From NCBI GenBank assembly GCA_038248205.1, contig JBBRUC010000003.1:596-64595 (forward strand): a stretch of DNA of 64,000 bases, read 5' to 3'. Within the stretch, counting starts at the first letter, position 1, and each line of letters opens with the position of its first letter. This DNA comes from Thermoanaerobaculia bacterium (GTDB lineage: Bacteria; Acidobacteriota; Thermoanaerobaculia; Multivoradales; UBA5704). This document shows, piece after piece, positions 30,697 to 40,161 of the stretch. The notes below the pieces were generated by a model. The model had not been told where the DNA came from and searched no databases. It saw nothing but the letters and a program-made list of their open reading frames with translations. The translations under genes and the position numbers were made by a program.

Positions 30697-32616
30697 TTGG
30701 CCGATCTCGAGCTTACCTGGTCGCCCCCGCGGCGCCGCTTTCGCAAGGTGCTGATCGCGATGTGCGGAATTTTCGGTTTGGCCAGCGCAAATTTTCTCTA
30801 CGTTCGCGCCGCGGCGTCGTGGCTTCGTTCGCCCGAATTGGCGCGACGGCTCAACCATCGGCCGGAGCGGTTCCGCATCTCCTGGCGCGAGGCGAAAAGC
30901 CCGTTTCCCGGTTGGCTTGTGGTTCGAGATCTGGAGCTTGCCGGGCGGACCAGGAGGGCGCGCTGGAGCCTCCATGCCGACGAGGCCCACGGTTTTTTGA
31001 GCCTGCCGTCGCTCCTGCGCCGCCGTGTCGTCGTAGACGATCTCGTGGGGGCGGGCGTGGTGATCCGGGTCGCGCGGATGCTGCCGCCCGGCGCGCCGCC
31101 GATCGCGGGGCAGCCCCCGATCGTGCCGGACTTTCCCCAGAGCGCGGCGGAGTTCGAAGCGTCGCTGGATGCCCCTTCCGATCGCCCCCGATGGACGATC
31201 GAGCTGCCGGACGTAACCCTCGAACGGGTTCGCGAGCTATGGCTCGAACGTTGGCGGTTCGCCGGAGCGATGAAGGCCCACGGCGGCCTGCGTTTGCGCC
31301 TGCGGCGCGACGCCGAGGTGTTCGCCAGCCGGTTGGATCTCCTGCATGCGAATTTGACCGTCGTCGGCCGGCCGGCCGGTGTGCTGCGCGGCTCGGTCAA
31401 GGCGCTCGCCTCCCCTTACTCGCCGCGCGAAGAACGAGGCTGGGCGGCGGTTCGGCACGTCTCCGGCGAAGGGCGCCTTCGAGGCGAGCTTTCCTCGCTC
31501 AACTTTCTGGTCGGTTTGATGCCGAACGTGCCCTGGTTCTCGGTCGAAGGGGGGGTGGGGAGCTTTACGGCGCGGCTTCTCCTCGCCCGAGGCAAGCTCG
31601 GGCCGGGCAGCACGGCCAAGATCGAGGCGCGTAGCGCCAACGTCTCCTTCCTCGACTATCAGGCCAAGGGCCGGGCGCTCCTCTCCTGGCAGGTCGGGCG
31701 GCAGGGCGCCGTCGGCCGGGTGGATCTTTCCGATTGCGAGATCCGTCGCCGGGGGGCGGCGGCTCCGTTCGCCCGCGCGCCGAAGCTCCATGTAGGCGTC
31801 ACCTCGCGCGATCTGGAACTCGACGGCCGGCTCACCGACATCGCGGGCGAAGCCGATCTGCCGCGCGCCGAGGTACCGGACCTCCGCACCTACAACGCCT
31901 ATCTGCCCGCTGGATCGGGGGTTGAGATCACCGGCGGTACGGGGGTCTTTAGCACCCGGTTGAAGATCGCCCCTTCCGGCCGGGCAAGCGGCGCCATGGA
32001 CCTCACCGCGAAGAACGTCGCCGCGACCGGCAGGGGCCTTACCCTACGCGGAGGCTGTCGAATCTCTCTGGCGCTCGCGAGCCGCGATGTCCGGAGCCGC
32101 CGCTTCGACCTCGACGGCAGCCGAATGCGCTGCGACGACGTCGAGGTCCGCGACGGCCGGCAAGGCACGGGGGACCCCTCGTCCACCGGCTGGTGGGTGG
32201 AAGGCCGGGTGCTCGACGGGGTGGCCGCCGCCGGGGCGGAAAACTACCTTTCCTTGGCCGGAAAGATCCAGGCGCGCGACGCGCTGCCGATCTTCGCCCT
32301 GTTCGGCGACCGGCCGGCCGCCAAGATCGCCGCGCTGTTCTTTCGCGAAAAGAGCATCGCCGCCACCGGCAGAGTCGATCTGGCGAGCGCTTCGTGGCGG
32401 GCGCAAGGCGAGGGGAAGGCCGGCGCACGGCTGACCGCCGCCGCCCGCCTTTCCGGCCGCCGCGGCCAGATCGACGGCGCGCTGCTCGCCGGGATCGGCA
32501 AACGCCGGATCGGTATCGAGCTGGACGGAGCGGAGCGAACGATCCACTGGCGCCATGCCGCGGACTGGTTCGCGGCCGGCGAATCGGGGATCCGAAAGAG
32601 CGGAGCACACCGGTGA
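30697..32616 (+). CDS. membrane-anchored AsmA/TamB-like protein (tentative)
   Basis: There is an N-terminal TM segment (VLIAMCGIFGLASANFLYV). It is followed by long beta-rich repetitive sequence with a L.L.G......L pattern reminiscent of AsmA-family proteins. The family call is tentative. Confidence 0.5.
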   Translation: MADLELTWSPPRRRFRKVLIAMCGIFGLASANFLYVRAAASWLRSPELARRLNHRPERFRISWREAKSPFPGWLVVRDLELAGRTRRARWSLHADEAHGFLSLPSLLRRRVVVDDLVGAGVVIRVARMLPPGAPPIAGQPPIVPDFPQSAAEFEASLDAPSDRPRWTIELPDVTLERVRELWLERWRFAGAMKAHGGLRLRLRRDAEVFASRLDLLHANLTVVGRPAGVLRGSVKALASPYSPREERGWAAVRHVSGEGRLRGELSSLNFLVGLMPNVPWFSVEGGVGSFTARLLLARGKLGPGSTAKIEARSANVSFLDYQAKGRALLSWQVGRQGAVGRVDLSDCEIRRRGAAAPFARAPKLHVGVTSRDLELDGRLTDIAGEADLPRAEVPDLRTYNAYLPAGSGVEITGGTGVFSTRLKIAPSGRASGAMDLTAKNVAATGRGLTLRGGCRISLALASRDVRSRRFDLDGSRMRCDDVEVRDGRQGTGDPSSTGWWVEGRVLDGVAAAGAENYLSLAGKIQARDALPIFALFGDRPAAKIAALFFREKSIAATGRVDLASASWRAQGEGKAGARLTAAARLSGRRGQIDGALLAGIGKRRIGIELDGAERTIHWRHAADWFAAGESGIRKSGAHR

Positions 32617-33821
32617 AAAGACGCTACAGCTATTGGGCGAGCGTTCTGATGGCTGTCATCTTGCCCGTCCTGCTTGTCAGCCTGCGGCTGATTCTCGAAA
32701 AGGTACCCGAGAAGACCCCGTTCCTGCACTCCGGGTGGGTCACCCTTCTCTGCGCGTGGCTCGGTGGGCTGGTGCCGGGATTGATCGCAACGGCGACCAT
32801 GATCACTTCCGTCTCTGTGATGCTCGTTCCGCCTTCGGCGCCGATGGCCGTCAGCTTCGTCGTCGTCTTTTTTCAAGGATTGATGGTGGCTTGCTTCGGC
32901 GAGGCCCGCCTGCGGGCGGTGGAACGATGGCGCCAGCTCACCCGAGAGCTGGAGACCCGGGTGGCGGAACGGACCTCGGCACTGTCCCGCTCGAACGCCA
33001 AGCTGGAGAACGAAGCCGCCGAGCTGGAGCGGGCGATCACCGACCTTACCGATGCAGGGCGCCAGCTCCAGGCGAGCAACCGGGAGCTGGAGACCTTCGC
33101 CTCGGTGGCCTCGCACGACCTGCAGGAGCCTCTGCGCAAGATCCGCACCTTCTCCGATCGCCTGATGCAGCGCCAATCCGACCGGCTCGACGAGGAAGGG
33201 CGCGACTACCTCGCCCGCTCGGCAAAGGCGGCGGAACGGATGTCTCATCTGATCGACGACCTCCTTACCTATTCGCGGGTTACCACGCGCGGCCAGCCGC
33301 TGCGGCCGGTCAGCCTGTCGGAGGTAGTGGAGGGTGTGCTTTCGGACCTTGAAGACCGGATCGCCGAGTCGCAGGCGTGGATCGAGTTCGGGCCGCTGCC
33401 GTCGATTTGCGCGGACGCCGCCCAGATGCGCCAGCTGTTCCAAAACCTGATCGCCAACGCGCTAAAATTCGTGGCCCCAGGAGAGCCTCCGATGGTGCGG
33501 ATCTTCGCGCGGATCGACGAAACGGTCGAACCGGCGATCTGTCACCTGTCAGTCGCGGACCATGGGATCGGCATCGAGCCCCAATATCGTGAGAGGATCT
33601 TCGAGATGTTCCAGCGCCTTCACGGCCGCGACGCCTATGAAGGGACCGGCATCGGCCTGGCCATCTGCCGCAAGATTGCAGAGCGCCATGGCGGTACGAT
33701 CGGTCTAGAGGACAGTCCCGGCGGCGGCTCGATCTTCGTCGTGTCGTTGCCCGTCGTGTCGTTACCCGTCGACGCGCAATCCAACCAAGTCGAGGAAGTT
33801 TCCGATGTTGCGAGTTCCTGA
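32613..33821 (+). CDS. sensor histidine kinase
   Basis: A GTG start overlaps the upstream stop (GTGA). There are multiple TM segments, a coiled coil, the HisKA box FASVASHDLQEPLRKI, and an HATPase_c region (NLIANALKF, DHGIGI, GTGIGLAICRKI). Confidence 0.85.
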   Translation: MKRRYSYWASVLMAVILPVLLVSLRLILEKVPEKTPFLHSGWVTLLCAWLGGLVPGLIATATMITSVSVMLVPPSAPMAVSFVVVFFQGLMVACFGEARLRAVERWRQLTRELETRVAERTSALSRSNAKLENEAAELERAITDLTDAGRQLQASNRELETFASVASHDLQEPLRKIRTFSDRLMQRQSDRLDEEGRDYLARSAKAAERMSHLIDDLLTYSRVTTRGQPLRPVSLSEVVEGVLSDLEDRIAESQAWIEFGPLPSICADAAQMRQLFQNLIANALKFVAPGEPPMVRIFARIDETVEPAICHLSVADHGIGIEPQYRERIFEMFQRLHGRDAYEGTGIGLAICRKIAERHGGTIGLEDSPGGGSIFVVSLPVVSLPVDAQSNQVEEVSDVASS

Positions 33822-34275
33822 AAGCGCCACGATCGTCCTTGCCGACGACGATCCGGAGGACCGGATGTTTACCCGTCAGGCGTTGACCGAGGGGCAGGTT
33901 GTCAATCCCCTGGTCGAAGTGGAGGACGGCGAGCAGCTGCTCGACTATCTGGCCGGGCGCGGGCGCTTTGCGGAAGCCGGTCCGGCGCCGGTGCCGGGGT
34001 TGATCCTGCTCGATCTCAACATGCCGAAGAAAGACGGCCGGCAGACCCTACGCGAACTCAAACAGAACCCGTCGTTGCGACGCATCCCGGTGGTGGTCCT
34101 GTCGACCTCGACGGCCGATGACGATGTCGCTTCGAGCTACGACTTGGGGAGCAATTCGTTTATCACCAAGCCCGCGATCTTTGCCGAATACGTTCATGCG
34201 ATGGCCTGTTTGGGGCGCTACTGGTTCGGGGTGGTCCGCCGCCCCGACGAAATTCTTGCCCAGGAGGTCGGCTGA
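33805..34275 (+). CDS. single-domain response regulator (REC)
   Basis: Contains IVLADDDPED, LILLDLNMPKKDG and VVVLSTS. It overlaps the kinase stop. Confidence 0.85.
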   Translation: MLRVPESATIVLADDDPEDRMFTRQALTEGQVVNPLVEVEDGEQLLDYLAGRGRFAEAGPAPVPGLILLDLNMPKKDGRQTLRELKQNPSLRRIPVVVLSTSTADDDVASSYDLGSNSFITKPAIFAEYVHAMACLGRYWFGVVRRPDEILAQEVG

Positions 34276-34278
34276 CCG

Positions 34279-35847
34279 GTGCATCGGCTTCGCATCCTGC
34301 TGGTCGAGGACGATGAAGACGATTTCGTCGTCGCGCGCGACCTGCTCTCGGAAATCCCGGACCTCTCGGTGGAGCTGGACTGGGTGCGCGGCTACGACGA
34401 AGGCCTCGCCCGGGTGCGTTCCGGCGGCTACGGGCTCTGCCTGGTCGACCATTTTCTCGGCGATCGGACGGGGGTTGCGTTCATTGGCGACCTGCGGCAG
34501 CTGCCGGAAGGGCCGCCCGCGATCCTGCTCACCGGCACCGCCTCGCGCGAGGTCGACCTCGCGGCGATGGCGGCCGGCGCCTCGGACTTCCTCGACAAGT
34601 CGGGGCTCACCGCGGCGCTGCTCGATCGCTCGATCCGCTACACCCTCCAGAAAGAGCGCGAGGCCGAAGCGCAGGTGGACCTCGCCGTGGAGCGCGCCGC
34701 GCGAACCGCGGCCGAGGAGGCCAACCGGGCCAAGGATCAGTTCCTCGCCCGCCTGAGCCACGAGCTGCGCACCCCGATGGCGCCGATCCTCGGCATCTCC
34801 TCGATGCTGGAGATCGACGAGACGCTGTCGGCCGAGGTGCGGGAGCAGCTCCACGTCGTACGCCGCAACGCCGAGCTGGAATCGCGTCTGATCGACGACC
34901 TGCTCGACCTCACGCGCATCACCCGCGGCACCTTCGCTTTGAATCGCGAGGTGGTCGACCTCGAACGCCTGATCAAAGAGGCGATCGAAACCGCCGCGGG
35001 GGCGACGTTCGCCGCGGGCAAGCGCCGTTTGGTGATCGAGCTCGACGCGGAGGTTTCCGTCGCCTGGGGCGATCCGATCCGCCTTACTCAGGCGCTGTGC
35101 AACCTGCTGACGAATGCGGTCCGCTATTCCGCGGAGGGGGGCACGATCACCGTCCGCTCCTGGCGCAAGGCGCCCGACGGGGCCGTGATCGAGATCCGCG
35201 ACGACGGGCGTGGATTCGAGGCCCACGATCTGCCGCGCCTGTTCGAGGCGTTCGAGCGCGCGGCCGGGTCCGACGGCGAGGGGTTGGGGCTCGGCTTATG
35301 GATCGCCCGCTCGATCATCGACGATCATGGCGGCGTCCTGTGGGCGCACAGCCCGGGGGTAGGCCAGGGGGCTTCGTTCTTCGTGTACCTCCCCACCACC
35401 CTCCCGGATGGCGAAGACGCCGAGCCAGCCGACTCTCGGCCGCGGCCCGAGCCCACCCCGTCCGCCGAAAAGCTGACGCTGCACATCCTCCTGGTCGAAG
35501 ATCATTCCGATACCGCGTTCGCCATCTCCCACCTGCTCGCCCGTCTCGGGCATCGGGTCACCCACGCGGACAGCCCCGCCGCGGCGCTCGCCGCGGTCGA
35601 GGCCGAACCGACGATCGACTTCGTGGTGAGCGACCTCTGGTTGCGTTCCGGCAGCGGCCTCGACCTGATGCCCGAATTGGCGAGCCGGTACGGCCTGCCC
35701 GGCATCGCGATGTCCGGCCTCGGCGGCGACGGGGCGATCGCGCGCAGCCGGGCAGCGGGTTTCTCCCGCCATCTGACGAAGCCGGTCACCTTCGCCACGC
35801 TGCGCGATGCGATCCGCGAATTCGCGGACGGTCGCCGCAAGACCTGA
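34279..35847 (+). CDS. hybrid histidine kinase (REC-HisKA-HATPase-REC)
   Basis: The N-terminal REC reads ILLVEDDEDDF...CLVDHFLGDRTG. The H-box is LARLSHELRTPMAPI. The ATPase region has NLLTNAVRYS, DDGRGF and GLGLGLWIARSI. The C-terminal REC reads ILLVEDHSDT...VVSDLWL. Confidence 0.85.
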   Translation: MHRLRILLVEDDEDDFVVARDLLSEIPDLSVELDWVRGYDEGLARVRSGGYGLCLVDHFLGDRTGVAFIGDLRQLPEGPPAILLTGTASREVDLAAMAAGASDFLDKSGLTAALLDRSIRYTLQKEREAEAQVDLAVERAARTAAEEANRAKDQFLARLSHELRTPMAPILGISSMLEIDETLSAEVREQLHVVRRNAELESRLIDDLLDLTRITRGTFALNREVVDLERLIKEAIETAAGATFAAGKRRLVIELDAEVSVAWGDPIRLTQALCNLLTNAVRYSAEGGTITVRSWRKAPDGAVIEIRDDGRGFEAHDLPRLFEAFERAAGSDGEGLGLGLWIARSIIDDHGGVLWAHSPGVGQGASFFVYLPTTLPDGEDAEPADSRPRPEPTPSAEKLTLHILLVEDHSDTAFAISHLLARLGHRVTHADSPAAALAAVEAEPTIDFVVSDLWLRSGSGLDLMPELASRYGLPGIAMSGLGGDGAIARSRAAGFSRHLTKPVTFATLRDAIREFADGRRKT

Positions 35848-35884
35848 TCCATCCGCGGTCTTGGCACCGCGCGCCGTCCCCTCC

Positions 35885-35900
35885 TGGCATCTCGCTTGCT
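35885..35900 (+). promoter_or_regulatory. candidate sigma-54 (-24/-12) promoter
   Basis: TGGCAT-ctcgc-TTGCT has the exact GG-N10-GC spacing of the TGGCAC-N5-TTGCW consensus. It lies ~87 nt upstream of the L,D-transpeptidase ATG. Confidence 0.45.
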
Positions 35901-35986
35901 AAAGTTGGTTCCCACGGAGTTTGTTTCCACGCGGCTTGTACCTACCCATGCCCGTGGCCTACCTGAATATCGAAAGCGAGTCCCTG

Positions 35987-37021
35987 ATGATCCAACAGCG
36001 CAGACGCAGCATCCATATTCTCCTCGGCGGGCTTCTCGCCGTCTCGTGGTGGGGCGCCTGCCCCCCGGCTCATGCCGCGGACCCCAAGCCCGCGTCTTCC
36101 TCCACGGCTCCCGCGGCCGCCAAGGCAACCGCCAAGCCGGGTGAGGTGACCCCGCTGCTCAAGGCCCAGATCTGGCTCGATCGCCTAGGGATCTCGCCGG
36201 GGGAGATCGATGGCGTCGAGGGGGACAATACGACTCGGGCGATCGTCGAATTCCAGCGCCGCGTTCGGCGCCGGAAGGCCGAGGGGCGGCTCGACTGGCT
36301 GACCCGGCGCCAGCTGCGGCGCAGGGCCAATGCCCCGGCCCTCACGTCCTACACGATCACGCCGGAAGATGCCGCCGGGCCGTTCGCTGCCATCCCAGCC
36401 GATCCTGCCGAGAAGGCGAAGCTCGACCGTCTGGGCTACACGTCCCTTCTCGAAGCGCTCGGCGAGCGCTTCCACGCCAGCCCCGAGCTGCTTCAAGAAC
36501 TCAATCCGAACGCCCGGTTCGTCGCGGACGAAGCCCTGCGGGTACCCAACGTCCTGCCGTCGCCCCCGGAGCCCGCCCAGGAGGCGGACGCCGCGAAGAG
36601 CCCGCCAACCCTGGTCAAAGTGATCGTCTCCAAAAGCGCCCACAACATGCGGGGAGTAAACGCCGCGGGGGAGACCGTGTTCTACGCGCCGGCCTCCTCG
36701 GGAAGCGAGCATGACCCGTTGCCGATCGGTTCCTGGAAGGTCGTCTCGGTTACCCGCAATCCCGTCTTCCACTACAACCCGGATCTTTTCTGGGATGCCG
36801 AGCCGACGCAGGAAGAGGCTCTCCTGCCGGGCGGACCGAACAATCCCGTGGGGGTTGGTTGGGTGGGGATCTCGAAAGCGCACTACGGTTTGCACGGCAC
36901 GCCGTCCCCCGGCGCGATCGGCCATACGGAATCGCACGGCTGTGTGCGGCTGACCAACTGGGATGCCCGGAGATTGATGGCGGGGGTCGAGGCGGGAACT
37001 CCGGTCGAGTTCGTCGAGTGA
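35987..37021 (+). CDS. L,D-transpeptidase (YkuD) with peptidoglycan-binding domain
   Basis: The signal peptide is MIQQRRRSIHILLGGLLAVSWWGACPPAHA. The PG-binding-like region reads GEIDGVEGDNTTRAIVEFQRR. The catalytic motif is GHTESHGCVRLTNWDA. Confidence 0.85.
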   Translation: MIQQRRRSIHILLGGLLAVSWWGACPPAHAADPKPASSSTAPAAAKATAKPGEVTPLLKAQIWLDRLGISPGEIDGVEGDNTTRAIVEFQRRVRRRKAEGRLDWLTRRQLRRRANAPALTSYTITPEDAAGPFAAIPADPAEKAKLDRLGYTSLLEALGERFHASPELLQELNPNARFVADEALRVPNVLPSPPEPAQEADAAKSPPTLVKVIVSKSAHNMRGVNAAGETVFYAPASSGSEHDPLPIGSWKVVSVTRNPVFHYNPDLFWDAEPTQEEALLPGGPNNPVGVGWVGISKAHYGLHGTPSPGAIGHTESHGCVRLTNWDARRLMAGVEAGTPVEFVE

Positions 37022-37037
37022 CGGGCTCGCCCAAGGC

Positions 37038-37880
37038 TTACTTGGCGGCTGCGGACGACGCGAGGAAGGGGTACGGATCGATCGGCTGGCCCTCCCACCA
37101 ATGCTTCTCGGGGGTCAGGCGAAAGATCTGAAAATGCAGGTGGGGGGTGTTCGGCGGGGCGTTGCCCGACGTGCCGACATAGCCGATCAGGTCGCCCCGA
37201 CGCAGCTCTTGGCCGGCGACCACCCCGGGGGCGTAGGCATCGAGATGGGCGTAGTAATAGGCGTAGGTCCGGGTCGGATCGAACTGATAGAGGGTCGTGC
37301 CCCCGCGCTGGCTGAAGAACAGCTTCTCCACCTTGCCGTCATCTACCGCGAGGATCGGCGTGCTGCGCGGCGCCAGGATGTCGATCGCCTCGTGCTTGCG
37401 CTCGCCGCTCCGCATCTCGGTGAAAGAGTCGCGCAGATCGCCGGCTTTAACGCCGACGACCGGAATCGCCAACCGGCGCGGCCCTCGGGGGGTGGGCAAC
37501 AGGTTCGCGTCGGAGAGGATCGGTACGGGCACCGCGGCCGGTGGCGCCCCGGGGGGGATGGTGCCGGCCGCGGGCGGCGCCGTCGCCACCTCGGGCGGCA
37601 GATCGCTCGCCAGATCACTGGAAAGATCGGCCGGAGCCTGCCGCCCGTCGGCAGGGGGAACGCTCGGCGCTGGCGGGGCGGTTTCGGCGACGGTGGCCTC
37701 GGCCGGCGTACCGGAAAGGCGGAACGTCAAGCCCTTGCGGGCGACCAGGTAGAGGACGGTTCCCGCTCCCAGCAGGAAGCCCGCCAGAAGGGCTGCAACC
37801 ACCGCAAAAACGTACGGCGAGACCTTCGCTCGGTTCCTGGGTTCTTTCTTGGTATCGTTGGTGATCGGGTCTTGATCCAT
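37038..37880 (-). CDS. M23 family metallopeptidase
   Basis: There is an N-terminal TM anchor and a Pro/Ala-rich linker. HEAIDILAP ... YYAHLD ... [15 protein letters not shown] is the M23 HxxxD/HxH signature. Confidence 0.85.
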   Translation of the reverse strand: MDQDPITNDTKKEPRNRAKVSPYVFAVVAALLAGFLLGAGTVLYLVARKGLTFRLSGTPAEATVAETAPPAPSVPPADGRQAPADLSSDLASDLPPEVATAPPAAGTIPPGAPPAAVPVPILSDANLLPTPRGPRRLAIPVVGVKAGDLRDSFTEMRSGERKHEAIDILAPRSTPILAVDDGKVEKLFFSQRGGTTLYQFDPTRTYAYYYAHLDAYAPGVVAGQELRRGDLIGYVGTSGNAPPNTPHLHFQIFRLTPEKHWWEGQPIDPYPFLASSAAAK

Positions 37881-37954
37881 TCCGAGCCTCCTTCTGGCTG
37901 AGCCGCTGCGACCGGCACTCGGGGGTCAACCTGTCCGAACAAGGAGACAGCAAG

Positions 37955-38701
37955 ATGAGTGCCTTGAACGAACTTCCGTCGGCCACACCCGACGAAAGCG
38001 AGAAAAAACGCTTGGATACCGCGTTGCTTGCGTCCCATCTTAGCGCCTTGCGCTGTCTCCATTCGTCGATGGAACACCTGCTGCGCAGCCCGCTCAACTC
38101 GATCGGGCTGAACCTGGAGCTTCTGGCGGTTGAAATTGCCGATCACGCCGCTCGCGGACCCCAGACCGGTACCGAGCGCGTGTCGCTCAACGCCGTGCAC
38201 CAAGCGCTACGCGCCGGCTACGCCCGGCTGCTCCACAGCACGGACACCGTGCTGACGGCGATCCTCGCCCAGACCTCTCAGCGGGTAGAAGTGGTCGATC
38301 TCGCGGACCTCTGCCGCCGGATCGCCGACTTGGGGGAAACTGAATCGGTGCTGCTTCATGCCACCTGGAAGACGGAGATCCCGCCCGGGCCGCAGAATCT
38401 GGAGACGCGCCGCAACCTGCTGGTCTCCGCGATGCTGGGCGTCATCTGCACGGTGCTGGAGCCGGCGGGGGACGGCTCGAAGATCAACTTTTTCCTGCGC
38501 GCGAGCAAAGAGTCGCTCGACATCGAGGTCGATGTCGCACCGTGCCGGGAGCCGAAAGGCACCGCGTTTTCCCGGGAAGCCCGTCCCGATTTGCCCATGC
38601 TGATGGGCCTACTGGGAGGCTCGCACGCTGAGAGCACCCAAGGGGACGTGTTTAGGTTACATTTATCTCTACCTAGACTTTTCGGAGCCGCTGAATGCTG
38701 A
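37955..38701 (+). CDS. histidine-kinase-like protein with degenerate ATPase domain
   Basis: The H-box-like segment is SMEHLLRSPLNSIGLNLELL. The C-terminal half shows only a weak N-box (RNLLVSAMLGV), and I see no clear DxGxG or GxGxGL. It overlaps the start of the NtrC-type regulator. Confidence 0.5.
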   Translation: MSALNELPSATPDESEKKRLDTALLASHLSALRCLHSSMEHLLRSPLNSIGLNLELLAVEIADHAARGPQTGTERVSLNAVHQALRAGYARLLHSTDTVLTAILAQTSQRVEVVDLADLCRRIADLGETESVLLHATWKTEIPPGPQNLETRRNLLVSAMLGVICTVLEPAGDGSKINFFLRASKESLDIEVDVAPCREPKGTAFSREARPDLPMLMGLLGGSHAESTQGDVFRLHLSLPRLFGAAEC

Positions 38702-40098
38702 CTGCGTTGATCGTTGAGGACGACGAGATTTCCGCGCGCGCCCTCGAATCGTTGCTCAAGGATGAGGGTTTCGTGCCCTACACCGTGACGACGCTCGCCG
38801 CCGCCCGCCGCCGCATCGCCGAAATGCCCCCGAGCCTTGCGCTGGTGGACATGGTGCTGCCCGACGGCAATGGCCTCGACCTGTCCAAGGTCTTGGAAGA
38901 GCTGGCTCCCGAAGCGTCGTTCGTGCTGATCACCGGTTTCGCCTCGATCGAGACCGCGGTCGAGGCGTTGCGCTGCGGCGTCGCGGACTATCTAACCAAG
39001 CCGATCGACCTCGGCCGGCTGAAGCTCGTCTTCGCCCACCTGCGCCGCGAGCGGGAGCTTCACCAAGAGATCGGCGCGCTGCGTAGCGAGCTGCTCGGCC
39101 TCGGTCGCTTCGAGGGGCTGGTCGGCTCGTCGCCGCCGATGCAGCAGGTCTTCGAGATGATCCGCAAGGTCGCGCCGACCCAGGCTTCGGTCTTGATCCT
39201 CGGCGAGAGCGGAACCGGTAAGGAGCTGGTCGCCGAAGCGATTCACCGCCTGAGCAAGCGGCGCAGCCAGCCGTTCGTCGCGGTCAACTGCGGCGCGATC
39301 TCGCCCCAACTGATCGAGAGCGAGCTGTTCGGCCACGAGAAGGGGAGTTTCACCGGGGCCGAGCGGCAGCACCGCGGCTATTTCGAGCGCGCCTCGGGCG
39401 GCACGATGTTCTTCGATGAGGTCTCCGAGATGCCGCCGGAGCTGCAGGTCAAGCTCTTGCGCGTGCTGGAGACCGGGCAGGTTCTGCGGGTCGGCGGCGA
39501 CCGGCCGGTGAGCGTGGATCTGCGCGTGATCGCTGCCTCGAACCGCGATTTGGAGCAAGCCGTCGCCGAGGGCAAGTTCCGGCAGGATCTGCTCTATCGA
39601 CTGAAGGTTTTTCCCCTTTCGCTGCCCCCGCTGCGGCAGCGGGCCGAAGACGTCGATGCGATCGCCGATTTTTTTCTCTTGGAGCACAATCGCCGCGAGG
39701 GGCGCCAGCAGCGCTTCGCCGTCGCCGCGCTCGCTGCGCTCCGCTCCTACGCTTGGCCGGGCAACGTCCGCGAGCTTAAAAACGTCGTCCATCGGGCCGC
39801 GATCCTCGGCGGCGACGAGATCGGCGTCGGCGATCTGCCGGCCGAGGTCCACGGCGGCCACTGGCCGGAAGAGGCGGGCGGCGACCTCCGCTTCGCTCCG
39901 GGGACTCCGGTGGCGGTGGTCCAGAAGCGCTTGGTGCTCGCGACGCTCGACACGTTCGACGGCGATCGGTCGCGTACCGCCGAGGCGCTCGGCATCAGCG
40001 TCCGGACGCTCTACAACTGGCTCAAGGAGTACCAGGGCGATATGGACTTCGTCGATCCGGACCCAGACGACTCGCCGACCTCGGCCCGGGCGAACTGA
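38695..40098 (+). CDS. sigma-54-dependent response regulator (NtrC family enhancer-binding protein)
   Basis: The REC domain reads ALIVEDDE...[11 protein letters not shown]. The AAA+ module has [21 protein letters not shown]-like GSFTGAE, and the [10 protein letters not shown]-type motif. The C-terminal Fis-type HTH reads [18 protein letters not shown]. Confidence 0.9.
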   Translation: MLTALIVEDDEISARALESLLKDEGFVPYTVTTLAAARRRIAEMPPSLALVDMVLPDGNGLDLSKVLEELAPEASFVLITGFASIETAVEALRCGVADYLTKPIDLGRLKLVFAHLRRERELHQEIGALRSELLGLGRFEGLVGSSPPMQQVFEMIRKVAPTQASVLILGESGTGKELVAEAIHRLSKRRSQPFVAVNCGAISPQLIESELFGHEKGSFTGAERQHRGYFERASGGTMFFDEVSEMPPELQVKLLRVLETGQVLRVGGDRPVSVDLRVIAASNRDLEQAVAEGKFRQDLLYRLKVFPLSLPPLRQRAEDVDAIADFFLLEHNRREGRQQRFAVAALAALRSYAWPGNVRELKNVVHRAAILGGDEIGVGDLPAEVHGGHWPEEAGGDLRFAPGTPVAVVQKRLVLATLDTFDGDRSRTAEALGISVRTLYNWLKEYQGDMDFVDPDPDDSPTSARAN

Positions 40099-40161
40099 GC
40101 CGCCCGCGGCCTTCCGGCAACGAGGTTGCCGCCCCCGGCCGATCTCGGTAGAGTCGCGCGC

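Noticed and set aside
33738-33767. A 15-bp tandem duplication (gtcgtgtcgttgccc / gtcgtgtcgttaccc) at the end of the histidine kinase gene
   Set aside because: It is a real in-frame duplication (VVSLP VVSLP). It lies in the non-conserved C-terminal tail after the ATPase domain, so it is probably a neutral slippage event.
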